From contig NC_087436.1 in the NCBI RefSeq assembly GCF_036321535.1, forward strand, positions 85,128,001 to 85,192,000: a stretch of DNA of 64,000 bases. Direction: 5' to 3'. Below the pieces are notes generated by a model. It did not search any database. It worked only from the letters and a program-made list of their open reading frames with translations, and was not told the DNA's origin. The stretch comes from Camelus dromedarius. Lineage: Eukaryota. Position numbers and translations under genes: made by a program. This document shows positions 12,321-24,704 of the stretch, one piece after another. The first letter of the stretch is position 1; every line of letters starts with the position of its first letter.

Positions 12321-15053
12321 TAAAAATGTGATAATGATATTGTGGTTATGCTTTTGTAAAGTCTTTGTAATTTATAGATTCATATTGGAGTATTTACAGA
12401 TGAAATGATACAGTTTTGGCAATTTGCTTCTAATGATACAAAGGATGGGAAGGAAGGGGGCAGGGGCAAAGATGAAACAAGATTGACCATGACTTAATAA
12501 TTGTTGAAAATGGATGATGGATATTTGGGTTAATAATTAGTCTTTTTTACTTTTGGGTATGTTTGAAATTTTCCATAAAAATTAGTTTAAAGATAAATAA
12601 TGACTTAATGACTGTTGTAGATTGAAACACAAATATATAGGAGTTTAGAAGTTCATAATAATACTTAAAAAAAAAACCCTCATAGGGAACAGCTGAAAAT
12701 CATTGGTAAATGAAAGACTCAACCATTTATCTTTTTTTGCGCAGATTATATTCCAGGATAAGCAAATAGTTAAGACAGAAAGTTTACTGTATAGAAGAAT
12801 CATAGCTAACAAGAAATCCTGGGAGAATGATAGGATTAGACACTCACTACAATGCAGTATCTTAATAGAATTATGGATCTAGATAATGATCAGTCGTTGA
12901 CTAAAGCCATTAGGTGAAAAGTGTGTTAGGAAAATGGATATAATACAATGGACAATACAATGGATAAGCCTCTCTAGAGCTAAAAATTCTGAATAGAATA
13001 CAGAGTAACTATCTCTGAAAATTAATTATAGCAGGCAGATTGAGAAGGGGAGTCATAACTTGAGGAATAGTCTAGATAATGGTGAATTTACTTTTCTTTC
13101 TTTCTATGACCCAACTTTGACCAAATGGTGGGCTAAATTATGGAACTGCACAATGGATGTAGAAATTTGCAAAAACCCTTAGAAAAACTCCCTATTTCTA
13201 GCCAGAGGACAAGGGAAAAAAACCCCTTTTTTGCTTATTCTCCCCCAAGCCTTTCCTGAGACCATCTCCACCTATAAAGTTGCATTGTCATGGTGGCACA
13301 AGCACTTAAAACCTTGAGAGAAAACCGATTTTCTGGTCAGAGGTTTTGGGAAACAGGCCCCTGGAAACTGGAGCATGCTAGGGAAATATCAGAAGAGAGC
13401 TGATATGAGAGGATACCCATGTCACTCATGAGCTACATGTGCACAGAACAGATCCAGAGAAACACAGCGAAGACTTAGAGAACTGATGTACAATACAAAC
13501 CAGTGTTCAAATCCAGACTTGCCTCTGAGTGATGTGTGTAAGGATAAACCCAAATAACATAGCAGAGGCTTTGAAAACTGAGCTAACATTAGAACTCCCA
13601 CTCTTAGAAGGCAATACAGAACTTGTAGTCTAAACTTAAGCAAAAAACCCAAATTCTCCAAAAGATAATAGGATCTAAACTTTCATAACCTAATATTCAG
13701 AATGCTTAGTATATAATCCAAAATTACTTGACATACAAAGAATCAGAAAAATGTGACTTTTTTTTTTAAACTTAAGGAAACAGGGAAAAGACAATAGATG
13801 CCAGCCCTGAGATGATGCAGATGATGAAATTATCAGAAAAGACTTTAAAGCAACTGATATATCCATGTTCCATGAGGTAAAAGTGAACATTTTTTGAAAT
13901 GAGTAGAAAAATAGTTCTCTGAAACAGAAATCATACAAAAGAATCAAGTAGGAAATTCAGAACAGAAACATACAAGAAATAGAAATTTATTGCATGGGCT
14001 CAGTAGCAGACTTGAAGATAAATCAGTGGAAATCTCAAGTCATTTTCTTCCGTATCAAGGATATGTATCTATTCTATAATACTTGTTAAGTCTAGGTTGC
14101 ACCCTGTGAAACCTGGTCATGGGCCTTCTGGCTGTTAATTAGCGGGCTGTTTAAACATCCTCTTATCCTTAATTACTCATACTTGCATGCTGCAAATAAA
14201 AAAATATATCTGTGCAAGTTGAGTTCCATCTCCCTTGATACTCCACAGATTCAGATAGGATCTTGCCCTGCAATTTTCTCAAACCTTGTCATTTCAGGTA
14301 ATAGGTCAAAATAATTGTCTTTTTTATGAAGTGATTACACTGCAAAAAGTTAGGGGAATACTTGTGGCTTTGAAAGTTGGCACATTTTTTAGTATTCTAT
14401 ATGGATTTGGTGACCTCATTGATGAAATACATAATATGTCATAACATTGTCATTATATTTATACAGATTAGTTATAAGTTAGTAAATATCTCATGAGCTG
14501 ACCCTAAGCCTATCATTTTCATAATACTTAAGCAGATTTCTTAACAGATCCCTATAGATTTACAGCACTAATGAAATTCTGTACTTTTTTTAGGTTGTTG
14601 TAATTCATTCTCTCTTTTTCTGGAGATCCATCTCAGATGCCTTTTAAAAAGAAAACATTCCACAAAGACTTGGATTAATTAATTTTTTTGTACATCTGTT
14701 TGATACTTATAAATTATGCGAGAGTGTAGTATATATATTAAATAATTGTCCAAAAGGAGAAGCATGCTCTCATATTCATTTGGGCATTAAACTAAGCAAA
14801 CATCCATAGAGCCTGTTGCTGCTATATAGCAATAAAGTTAGACTTCAGTTGCAGTTGAACTTAGGCATCTGAAACTGTCATCCACATTGCTTCTCAATTC
14901 CCTTGAAGGAACATAAAAGGAAAAGATAGTTCAGAAGTTACAAACTTATGGACATGATGATATGATCTTTTATCTGTTGATAGATCAAATTATTTAATGT
15001 TTATCCCCAGAAGATACTTTGTCTTGATGAAAGAGACTTCTTGGGTCATGGTG

Positions 15054-15538
15054 TGTGATAGGCAGAATAATGGCTTTTCGAAGATGTCCACATCCTAAGT
15101 TCCCAGAAACTGTGACTGTATTAGGTTATGTGGCAAAGAGGAATGAAGGTGACTAATCAGCTGAATTTATAATGGAAGATTATTTTGGATTATCTGGGTG
15201 GGCCCAGTGTAATCACAAGGGTCTTTATAAAGAAAGAGGGAGGTGAAAGAGATGGCAACGTGAGAAGGACTTGGCCTGCTGCTGGCTTTGAAGGTTGAGG
15301 AGGAGATCCATGCGTGAGTCAAGGAATGCACAGAGCCTCTAGAAGCTTGTAGAGGCAAAGAAGCAGTTTTTCTGCTCACGTTTCCAGAAAGGAATGCAAC
15401 CCCGCTGACACTTTGAGTTTAGCCCAGTGAGACCTGTGTTGGACTCTGACCTACAGAACTGGGAGAAAGTAAATTTGTCCTGCTTCGTTCCATTAAGTTT
15501 GTGGTGATTTGTTATAGCAGCTATAGGAAGTTAATACA
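15054..15538 (+). mobile_element. Solo MaLR LTR (MLT1D-like)
   Basis: TG...CA termini (tgtgataggcagaataatggc ... ggaagttaataca); internal attatctgggtgggcccagtgtaatcacaagggtc and ctgacctacagaactg motifs. Confidence 0.85.
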
Positions 15539-17168
15539 CAGTACCTCTGTTTAAGTTTTTCACTAACATGAGTTTTACAAATTGATGAATTGAATCCTGA
15601 TTCACCGTCGGGATTGACAGTGTGATTTCCTGGAAGATCAATTCTGTTTTGTATACTAGGAAGTCATTTGTGTTGATAATATGTTGGGTAGATCTTTGTA
15701 TACCAGGGATCTTTATTTTTGACTTAATAGGAATGGTGATACATTTAGTGTGGCTGGAGAGTAGGGAGTATGTAAACAGTGAGGGTGAAGTGGGAGATGA
15801 GGCTGGAGAGAGAGAATGAAGCTAGAAAGGAAAATTAGCGTCTTAAAATGTAGCAAAGCAAGTGATCTTCAGAAGCCTTAGTTTCCCTCCACATGTTCTT
15901 TAATATTTGTATTCTTTGCACTTCTATTAGTAAATGCTGTTAAGTTGGAAGTATAGGAAGTTTTTATTATCAGCTTGACTTTAGCTGTATTTGAGTTGTA
16001 AGCTATTACTGCATTTTGCCACAGAATGGCTCATGGAATGGCTTATTTGTATGTTAAACATACAAAGGAATCAGTGGCAAAAAGGAAGGCTAGAGTTTGG
16101 ACAAACATGAAAAAGAATTAAGCATTTTTCATAAAGGATGATGAGCAGCCTGACCAACAGAGACTGACACTATCTCTTATATCCCCTGACCATCTCAGAT
16201 AACCTGCCTTGCTCTGTGAGATGAGAAACTGAAGGCCCAGCAAAGATTAGGAGGATAGGACAGGTTAAAAAAAAAAAAAAGCATAAACATAAATAAATAA
16301 ATTAGAGCTATACAGCCAGTTAGAAAAAAAATGTGTATGTTTTTTAGTGTATGTGGTGTGTGTGTATGGATTCAAATCAAGCAGATCACATGCTCTCCCA
16401 GCTCTTATGTAAGATACAGAGGGATAAAGTGCTTGAAATTAAGAATATGGAGGGGCATGTGATTGTTGGTAATGCTGAGTTCTAGAGTAACTTCAGGGGG
16501 ATGAGTGGGAGGTGAGCACAGGATTGTTGGAGGAGAGGAGATCAAGGAATTGGCCAAGATGTTCGAAGGATCATTTTTGTGGATATCACAGTCCAAAAAT
16601 AATGACAAAAGAGGTATTGGAGAGAGAAACAGCCCTCAGGGAATGAGAAGGCTTGTTCTGGGGGTTTATGAATGCTTACAACAAGGAGATGATAAATAGC
16701 TTAATTGGAGGCATGAGATTCAAAATTGGGGAGTTTAGTGGGGGAGAAAGGAGAATAATTCAGGACAGTGAGAAACAAGTCCATCTCACACCAGGGCTAC
16801 TCATATGAGATGTGAGAGAGAAAACCAGTCATCATTTGGAAGGCATGGAGCTAGAGCAGAACTCTTAGAGAAGAGTGAACTTTCTGTTGGTGCAGGAAAG
16901 GTGGAGAGAGTATGCAACAACAATATTGAAGAAGTAGGATATTTTGCTAATAATATACTGTAAGTTCCAGAGGACACAATTAAAGGATTTTGGAAATGGG
17001 AAAGAAAAGGGAAAGGGGTTAATGTGGGGATATATAAAGTATAAAGGGACAAGAGTCTAGGTGATGGGAGATGACCTGGGGGTCTTGGGCTCCTCCTGGT
17101 GACTGATACAAAAGGAAAGTAGGGTATAATGGGATTCATTCTAATGGTTTCCTAGGCAGATTATTTTA

Positions 17169-17320
17169 TTTTATTTTTTATATAATTTTTTTTTTATTTT
17201 GTGGGGGAGGTAGTTAGGTTTATTTATTTATTTATGTTTAGAGGAGGTACTGGGAATTGAACCCAGGACCTTGTACATGCTAAGCATGTGCTCTACCACT
17301 TGAGCTACACCCTCTGCCCT
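17169..17320 (-). mobile_element. tRNA-derived SINE (Vic-1-like), long form
   Basis: Same head on the minus strand; TSD cagattatttta at 17157-17168 and 17321-17332. Confidence 0.9.
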
Positions 17321-17396
17321 CAGATTATTTTAAATATGGATAGAGAGAGGGTTTGAGGAAGGCAGATTTATCAAGAGCAGTCAGAGATTTTGGACC

Positions 17397-17894
17397 TGTA
17401 TTAAATTTCTTTTGCTGCCATTAAAGTACCACAAATTTAATGGCTTAAAACAATACAAATTTATTATCTTAGAGTCCTGCAGCTCAGTAGTTCCACGTGC
17501 ATCTCACTGAGCTAAAAGCAGGGTGTCAGTAGAGCTGCATTCCTTTCTGGAGGCTTCAGAAGAAAATGTTTCCTTGTGTTTTCAAGCTTCTAGAGGCTGC
17601 CCATATTCCTTGGCTTGTGGCTACCTTCTTTCACCTTCAAAACCAGCAACACAGCATGTCTCTGACTGTTCTGTCTCACAGCTCTCTCGACCACAGCCAG
17701 GAAAGACCCTCTGCTTTTAAAGACTCATGTGATTCCTTTGGACCATCTAGATAACCCAGGATAATCTACCATCTCAAAATCTTTAAACTTCATCACATCT
17801 GCATAGTTCATTTTTGCCATATAAGGTAACATAGTGCAGGTTTCAGGGGTTAGGGCGTGGTCCTTTAAGTGGGGCCATTATTTTGCCTACCACA
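17397..17894 (-). mobile_element. Solo MaLR LTR (MLT1C-like)
   Basis: tgtatta...accacaaatttaatggcttaaaacaa...ggccattattttgcctaccaca, the antisense MLT1 pattern. Confidence 0.8.
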
Positions 17895-18802
17895 GGGCTG
17901 CCTTTCTCTTGCTGTGGATACTAGTGTGAGGCCTGGTGCAGAGTGTACAGATTCAGGGTTATGGTACCTGGTTCAGTGTGTAGTTCATGCTGAGACCTAG
18001 GCTTGGGCTGTCCTTGCACCTTCAGATCTTCTGTAGGGCTCATTTGAGGCTGAGGACAGGCTCAGGCCTCAGTCTCATCTCAAGAAAGGATTACGGTGCT
18101 CATGTATTGTGTGGACCAGATCAGTCCATTATATGAAGAGGGAGCTCAGACATAATTTGAAGAAATACATTAGTTGAATCATTGGAATAGTCTTGTGTGC
18201 CACTGAGAGAGCTTATTAATCTTTCAGTTTTTGTTTACTTAATAAGACTTCAAAAATACCTCACGTCTAAACATTTGACAGGCTAGAATTTATTAGCATT
18301 TAATGTTTGTCTTGAAACAGAATCTTCTTTGGTTGTAAGAGGTCTGGTTCATGAGACTTTGATTTGGGGTGTGTTTCTTGTTCTTACTGTCAATTTTTAA
18401 TTCATGTTCTTAGAAATTGTTGTAGAGTCTAGAGTGTTTTTCATCATGCTAATATTTTATATCCATTATAGAGGAGGGCTAATGTTCCCATTCACTACTG
18501 GATTGAGAACTGCTGTTAAATTTCACCTTTACTCATACATTAATTAATTTTAAAGATATTTCAGTCTTTCTTTACAAGTTAAAATTGTTCTCTTAGAAAT
18601 AATTATCTTCTTAACTATAATACAAACAGTAATCTGCAGAAGTACATTTGAATTTTTCATAAATGGTGATGAATGTAGTTAAGGATTGTTGCTTGGATTT
18701 TGTATTATACTGGTCAATTTCAGCACGACTTTTAATTAATGTTATTAGATCCATCAGTCCCAGAAATACCTGTGATATCAGATTTAACTAACCTAAATTC
18801 CG

Positions 18803-18836
18803 AAGTAGGTCAGTGGGTCAATAGGTTATTAGGTTA
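18803..18836 (+). promoter_or_regulatory. Candidate Rev-DR2/RORE element followed by two more degenerate half-sites in the same spacing
   Basis: AAGT-AGGTCA-gt-GGGTCA-at-AGGTTA-tt-AGGTTA, in intronic sequence I do not recognise as a repeat. Confidence 0.55.
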
Positions 18837-19481
18837 GAAAAGGATTTATTTAATTTGCATTTTTTAAACCCAGGTTCTTGAGTTAACTTTTTAATAGTTT
18901 TAAAATTAGTAATGATTAGATTAAATGAAAAGTTATTTTCTTTAAATTATGTGAAATACATAGGAAAATAGCCTCTTACTCATGTTTTGTAACAGTAGCA
19001 TGTTTCTTTGTTATTCATGTCTTGTTCTCTGGAGTGGATAACATGTATTTTATGTTCTTTTGCATAGCCAGGGCTCTAGTATTGGACAATGGAAAACAAC
19101 CAAAAATTAAAAAGGCAGCAGTTAAGTTTTTCTGATTACAAAAATAATACGTGCTTATGGGAGAAATTTTAGAAAGTACTAAAGAAAAAGTAAAAAAGGA
19201 AAAAAAATTCGTATTATTACTCAGGAATAACAAGAGTTGATACTTTGGCATATTTGGATTTATGTTTGATGTATTTTGATGCCCCTGTTACTGCTGTTGG
19301 ATGTTTAAATCTTTCTAGCTTTACTATTTTAAATAACAGTGTAATGAATATAAAACTTTGGATACATCTCTGATTATTTCCTTTTGTTTTTAAGTGAAAT
19401 TACTAGGCCAAAGAACATAAGTATTTCAAGTTAATGATACTTCTTATCAAACTTTTTTTTCAGAAAGAGAGCCCTAATTTA

Positions 19482-19940
19482 CTTTTTTTTTTTTTTTTTG
19501 GCTTTCTTCTTTTTTTTTAATTGAAGTATAGTCAGTTACAGTGTGAAATTTCTGCTGTGCAGTTTAATGTCCCAGTCATGTGTATGTATACATAAATTAG
19601 TTTTCATATTCTTTTTCATTAAAGGTTATTACAAGATATTGAATCCAGTTCCCTGTGCTATACAGATATATTTGTTTTTTATTTATTTTTGTATATAGGG
19701 GTTAACATTTGCAAATCTCAAACTCCCAAATTTATCCCTACCCAAATCCTTCCCCCCAGAAACCATAAGATTGTTTACTATGTCTGCAAGTCTATTTCTG
19801 TTCTGTAGATGAGTTCGTTAGTGTCCTCTTTTTTTTCCTTTCCTTTCCTTTCCTTTCCTTTCCTTTCCTTTCCTTTCCTTTCCTTTCCTTTCCTTTCCTT
19901 TCCTTTCCTTTCCTTTCCTTTCCTTTCCTTTCCTTTCTTC

Positions 19941-20002
<62 letters not shown>

Positions 20003-22279
20003 TTCCTTCCTTCCTTCCTTCCTTCCTTCCTTCCTTCCTTCCTTTCTTTCTTCCTTTCTTTCTTCCTTTCTTCCTTTCTTCCTTTCTTCCTTTCTTCCTT
20101 CTTTTCTTTCTTTTCTTTCTTTTCTTTCTTTCTTTTCCACATGAGTGATACATGGTATTTTTCTTTCTCTTTCTGGCTTACTTCATTTGGAATGACGATC
20201 TCCAGGTCCATCCACATTGCTGCAATGGCATTATTTTATTCTTTTTTTATTGCTGAGTAGTAGTCCATTGTGTAAATATACCACAGACAGTAATCTGTCG
20301 ATGGACGTTTAGATTGGTTCCATGCCTTGGCTGTTGTAAATAGTGCTGCTATGAACATTGGGGTGCATGTATCTTTTCGAATTAGAGTTTCCTCTGGATA
20401 TATGCCCAAAAGTGGGATTGCTGGATCATATGGTAAGTCTGATTTAGTTTATTGAGAAATCTCTATACTGTTTTCCATAATGGGTGCACCAGACTACATT
20501 CCCACCAGCAGTGTAGGATGATTCCCTTTTCTCCACACCCTCTCCGGCATTTATCATTTGTTAACTTTTGAATGATGGCCATTCTGACTGTGAGATGTTA
20601 ATTAACCTCATTGTAGTTTTGATTTGCATAGCAGTATTGAGCATTTTTTTTATGTGCCTATTGGCAATTTGTATGTCTTCGTTGGAGAATTGCTTGTTTA
20701 GGTTTTCTGCCTGTTTTTGGTTTGGTTGTTTGCTTTTTTCTTATTAAATTGTATGAGCTGTTTATACATTCCAGAAATTAAGCCCTTGCCAGTCTCATCT
20801 TTTGCAAATATTTTCTCTCATTCCATAGGTTGTCTTTTTGTTTTGCTTATGATTTCCTTTGCTGTGCAAAAGCTTGTAAGTTTAATTAGGTTCCATTGTT
20901 AATTTTTGCTTTTATTTCTATTGCCTGGGTAGACTGCCTTAGGAGAACATTGCTAAGATTTATGTCAGAGGACGTTTTGCGTATGTTTTCTTCTAAGAGA
21001 TTTACAGTATCTTGCTTATATTTAAATCTTTAAGCCATTTTGAGTTTATTTTTGTGTATGGTGTGAGGGAGTATTCTAACTTCATTGATTTACATGCTGC
21101 TGTCCGGTTTTCCCAGCACTACTTGCTGAAAGGACTTGTGTTTTCTCTGTTGTATATTCTTGCCTCTTTTGTCAAAGATTAATTGACTGTAGGTCTGTGA
21201 GTTTATTTTTTGGGCTCTGTGTTCTGTTCCATTGATCCATATGTCTCATTTGTGCCAATACCATACTGTTTTTATTACTGTAGCTCTGTAGTATTGTCTG
21301 AAGTCTGGGAGGGTTATTCCTTCAGCTTTGTTCTTTTTCTTCAGTGTTGTTTTGGCAATTCTGGGTCTTTTGTGATTCCATATAAATTTTAGGATGGTTT
21401 GTTCTAGTTCTGTGAAAAATGTCATGGATAATTTGATAGGGATCATATTAAATCTGTAGATTGCCTTGGGCAGTATGACCATTTTAACCATATTGATTCT
21501 TTCAATCCAAGAACAAAGGATATCTTTCCATTTCTTTAAGTCATCTTTAATTTCCTTAGTCAATTTTTGTAGTTCTCTGTGTATAAGTCTTTCAACTCCT
21601 TGGTCAGATTTATTCCTAAGTATTTTATTGTTTTGGATATGATTTTAATAGGGATTGTTTCTGTACTCTTCTTTTTCTGATATTTCATTGTTAGTGTAGC
21701 GACTGATTTCTGTATGTTAATCTTGTATTCTGTAACCTTGCTGAACTTTTTAATCAACTCTTGTAGTTTTTGTGTGGAGCCTTCAGGGTTTTCTCTATAT
21801 AGTATCATGTCATCCACATACAGTGACAATTTAACCTCTTCTCTTCTAATTTGGATCCCTTTTATTTCTTTTTCTGATTGCTGTGGCTAGGACTTCCAAG
21901 ACTGTGTTGAATAGAAGTGGTGAGAGTGGGCATCCTTGTCTTGTTCCAGATTTTAGTGGAAAGGCTTTCAGTTTTTCAGCATTGAGTATTATGCTGGCTG
22001 TGAGTTTGTCATAAATAGCTTTTGTTATGTTGAGATATGTTCTCTCTGTACCCATCTTGGTAAGAGTTTTTATCATAAATGGGTATTGAACTTTATGAAA
22101 TGCTTTTCTGCATTTATTGAGATGATCATGTGATTTTTGCCCTTTTGTTGTTTGGTGGAATTCCTCAGTGAAGCCATCTGGTTCTGGACTTTTGTTTGCA
22201 GGGAGGGCTTTTTGTTGTTGTTGTTGTTGTTTTGTTTTTTGCTGATTCTATTTCATTTTTAGTGATCAGTCTGTTCAGT
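19482..22279 (-). mobile_element. 5'-truncated L1 with frameshifted ORF2 (RT and C-terminal region), an internal deletion near 22150 and an expanded microsatellite in the 3' UTR
   Basis: ORF-track pieces 21846..22076 ([15 protein letters not shown]), 21560..21829 (LYVDDMILY) and 21246..21563 ([10 protein letters not shown]...ITLPDF); poly-T tail near 19482-19518. Confidence 0.95.
19824..20138. repeat. Compound polypyrimidine microsatellite: (TTTCC)20, (TTTC)~14, (TTCC)~11, then TTTCTTCC/TTTC variants
   Basis: 315 nt containing only C and T on the + strand. Confidence 0.98.
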
Positions 22280-22299
22280 AGAGCCCATTTCTTTAAATT

Positions 22300-23620
22300 C
22301 TTTGCTCTGCCTCCTTCCCATTTTACTAGCTAATTTTCTACCTGTCTCTAAGATAACTAATTTTTCACCTGGTTTCAGTCTTAGCCTTTTTTTCTCATTT
22401 TGTATGTTCTTTCTAGAAAAGCCCATCTAATCATTATTTTTAATTTACATGTTTGAGTTGATGGCTCCCATTGACATCTTCACCCAGTTCTTTCCTGAAT
22501 GCCAAAACCCACACTTCCTACTGCCTATTGGACACTTTTCTTGCATGTCCCATAGATATCTTAAACACAACATGTCTAAAACTGAATCCATCATTGAAAG
22601 TATTTCTGAAGTATCTGTAACAGAGTGATTAAAAGCATAGTTCAAGCTAAGCTGTCAGGATTTGTATCTCAGGTTTACTGCTGAACTTGTCCAGTTTACC
22701 TCTTCTCTTTGTATTTCATTTTCCTCATCTGTGAAATGGACATAATAATAGAGGTGAATATGATTTTTGAGTCTTAAATGAGAGAAAACTTTGAAGAATG
22801 CCTGGCACATAGTAAATGTTCAAAAAATGTCAGCTACTGCTTTCAACATCATTCCTTCCCACTCCCCTCTAATTTATTCCTCCTATGTTACCTATCTAAC
22901 TGACACATGTGTCCAAACCAAAATTTGAGTAATACTGTTGACTGCTCCCTGCCTCTGACTTCTGTTCATCAGTCACCAAATTCTGTCTAATCATCTTAGT
23001 ATCTATTAAAATTTCTATATTTCTTTCTGTAACCTCTGCCTCTATATCTGTTACCTGAACCATTATAATACTCCTACTAGTCCCTAAATCTAGTCCTGCC
23101 TCCTTCAATTCCATTCTCTATATTGTATCCAGAATGATAGTTCAAAAGAACAAACTTATTAATGCCATTTCCCTGCTTAAAACCTTTCAGTGTCTTCATG
23201 GGGAGGGGGAGGGTCCCTTTGTGTGACTTTTCATGATCTGCTCACCTCATTCTCATTTGTTACCCTACCCCTGTCCTTAGGTTTTTGCTCTAGTAATACT
23301 TAACCACTTATAGTACTCTAGACGCACAGGTCTACTTATGTCTCCAGACTTTTGTATACACTGTTTTTCTGGCATAGATCAAATTTATCTGTCTCTTTGC
23401 CTGGTGAACTCTTATTTATCCTTTAGATCTCAGCTTAGGTATTACTTCTCCAGGAGACTTCCTTAACTTCTCTGTCACTCCTAGTGTATCAACAGAGCAC
23501 TTTGTGCCTTCTCTGGGAAGTGCCTCAAAAGTAGTGGCTGTGTCTATTTCACTATTTGAAAACTACAGTCAGTATAGTATTAGTCACTTGTGTTGGTGCT
23601 CAGTAAATATTTGCTAAGTG
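22300..23620 (+). mobile_element. L2 remnant with a nested MIR (~22620-22840)
   Basis: aacatgtctaaaactgaa and ccctgcttaaaacctttcagt (L2); ttttcctcatctgtgaaatgg (MIR core). Confidence 0.65.
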
Positions 23621-24704
23621 ATAATATATGAAGTAGAATTTTTAAGGAATCACTAATATTTAACTATAGTATGTTTTAACTTGAATTTCTTTGATTTCTA
23701 GGCAGGAATAATTTTTACATTTATTAATGATCTGTTTTCTTCATGGCTTATTTAGTTATACTTTTCTTTTCTTTTTGGCTGGGTTTTAACTTTTTAACGC
23801 GTATCTTTTGGAAACCCTTATTTGTTAAAAATAATAACCCGTTTTCGTACTGCAAATTAAGTATTTAATTTTGGTTTTTAAAGAGGGAAATGCCATTTGT
23901 GTTTATTTTGTTAATAATTGGTATCCTTGTGGATTGTATCCTTTGGTCTTCACAACAACTGCCTTGGGTAAGAATTCTGAGGCTTAGGATAATAAGTAAA
24001 TTGTCCAAAGATTTTCTCCCATGCTTTTCTGACTCTAAACTCCTGATCTTGATTTCTATACTTAATCCTTCTCCAGCATGGTGAGTTTGTTAAATGCTTT
24101 AATTCTGACTAAATAACCCTATCCCAAAGTACCTTTAAAAGCAAGTAGGACACTAGAATCTGGTTTCTGAATTTTACTTCATGCGTAGTTTAGGAATTCA
24201 GTCCTGTTTCTCTGGTGTTTTTGACTTAGACCTATTGTTTTTATTTGACTCCTTCAATCTCCAAGGATTTTGTTGTTGCCATAAAAAAAAAAACCCTTTT
24301 TGTTGCTGTCATATTACATATACAATATATTCCTGTTTTTTTTCTTTTTTTTAAATTAGAATGGACATTGGATGTGTCAGAAGCAAACTTTTGAGTGTAA
24401 AGTTTTGTATTAACTTTGATGTGGCAAGGTTGGGTTGATCTTGGTTAATTCAGTTATTCACAATGCTTGTTGAGTTTTTAGTATTTGCCAGATATTTTGA
24501 CAAGTCCTAGTAATAGATGAATAAGTAAAGTATAATTCCTGCTTTGAAGGAGCTCATGATTTAGAAGAATGTTAAAAATAAGAATGTTACAGTGATATCC
24601 CACTTCTGCAATGTAAAATAGTAAGAAAATTCCTGATTTCCTTGTTAATGAAAGAACATTTCTAATTAAAATTGATAGGTCTTGAAGTTCTTTCCATACC
24701 AAAA

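Noticed and set aside
19778..20217. Four overlapping 111-141 aa ORFs rich in K/E/R or F/L/S
   Set aside because: They are translations of the stop-free microsatellite, not genes.
21246..22076. Reverse-transcriptase-like ORFs as a possible novel retroelement system
   Set aside because: Ordinary L1 ORF2 remnants, frameshifted and 5'-truncated, so not functional.
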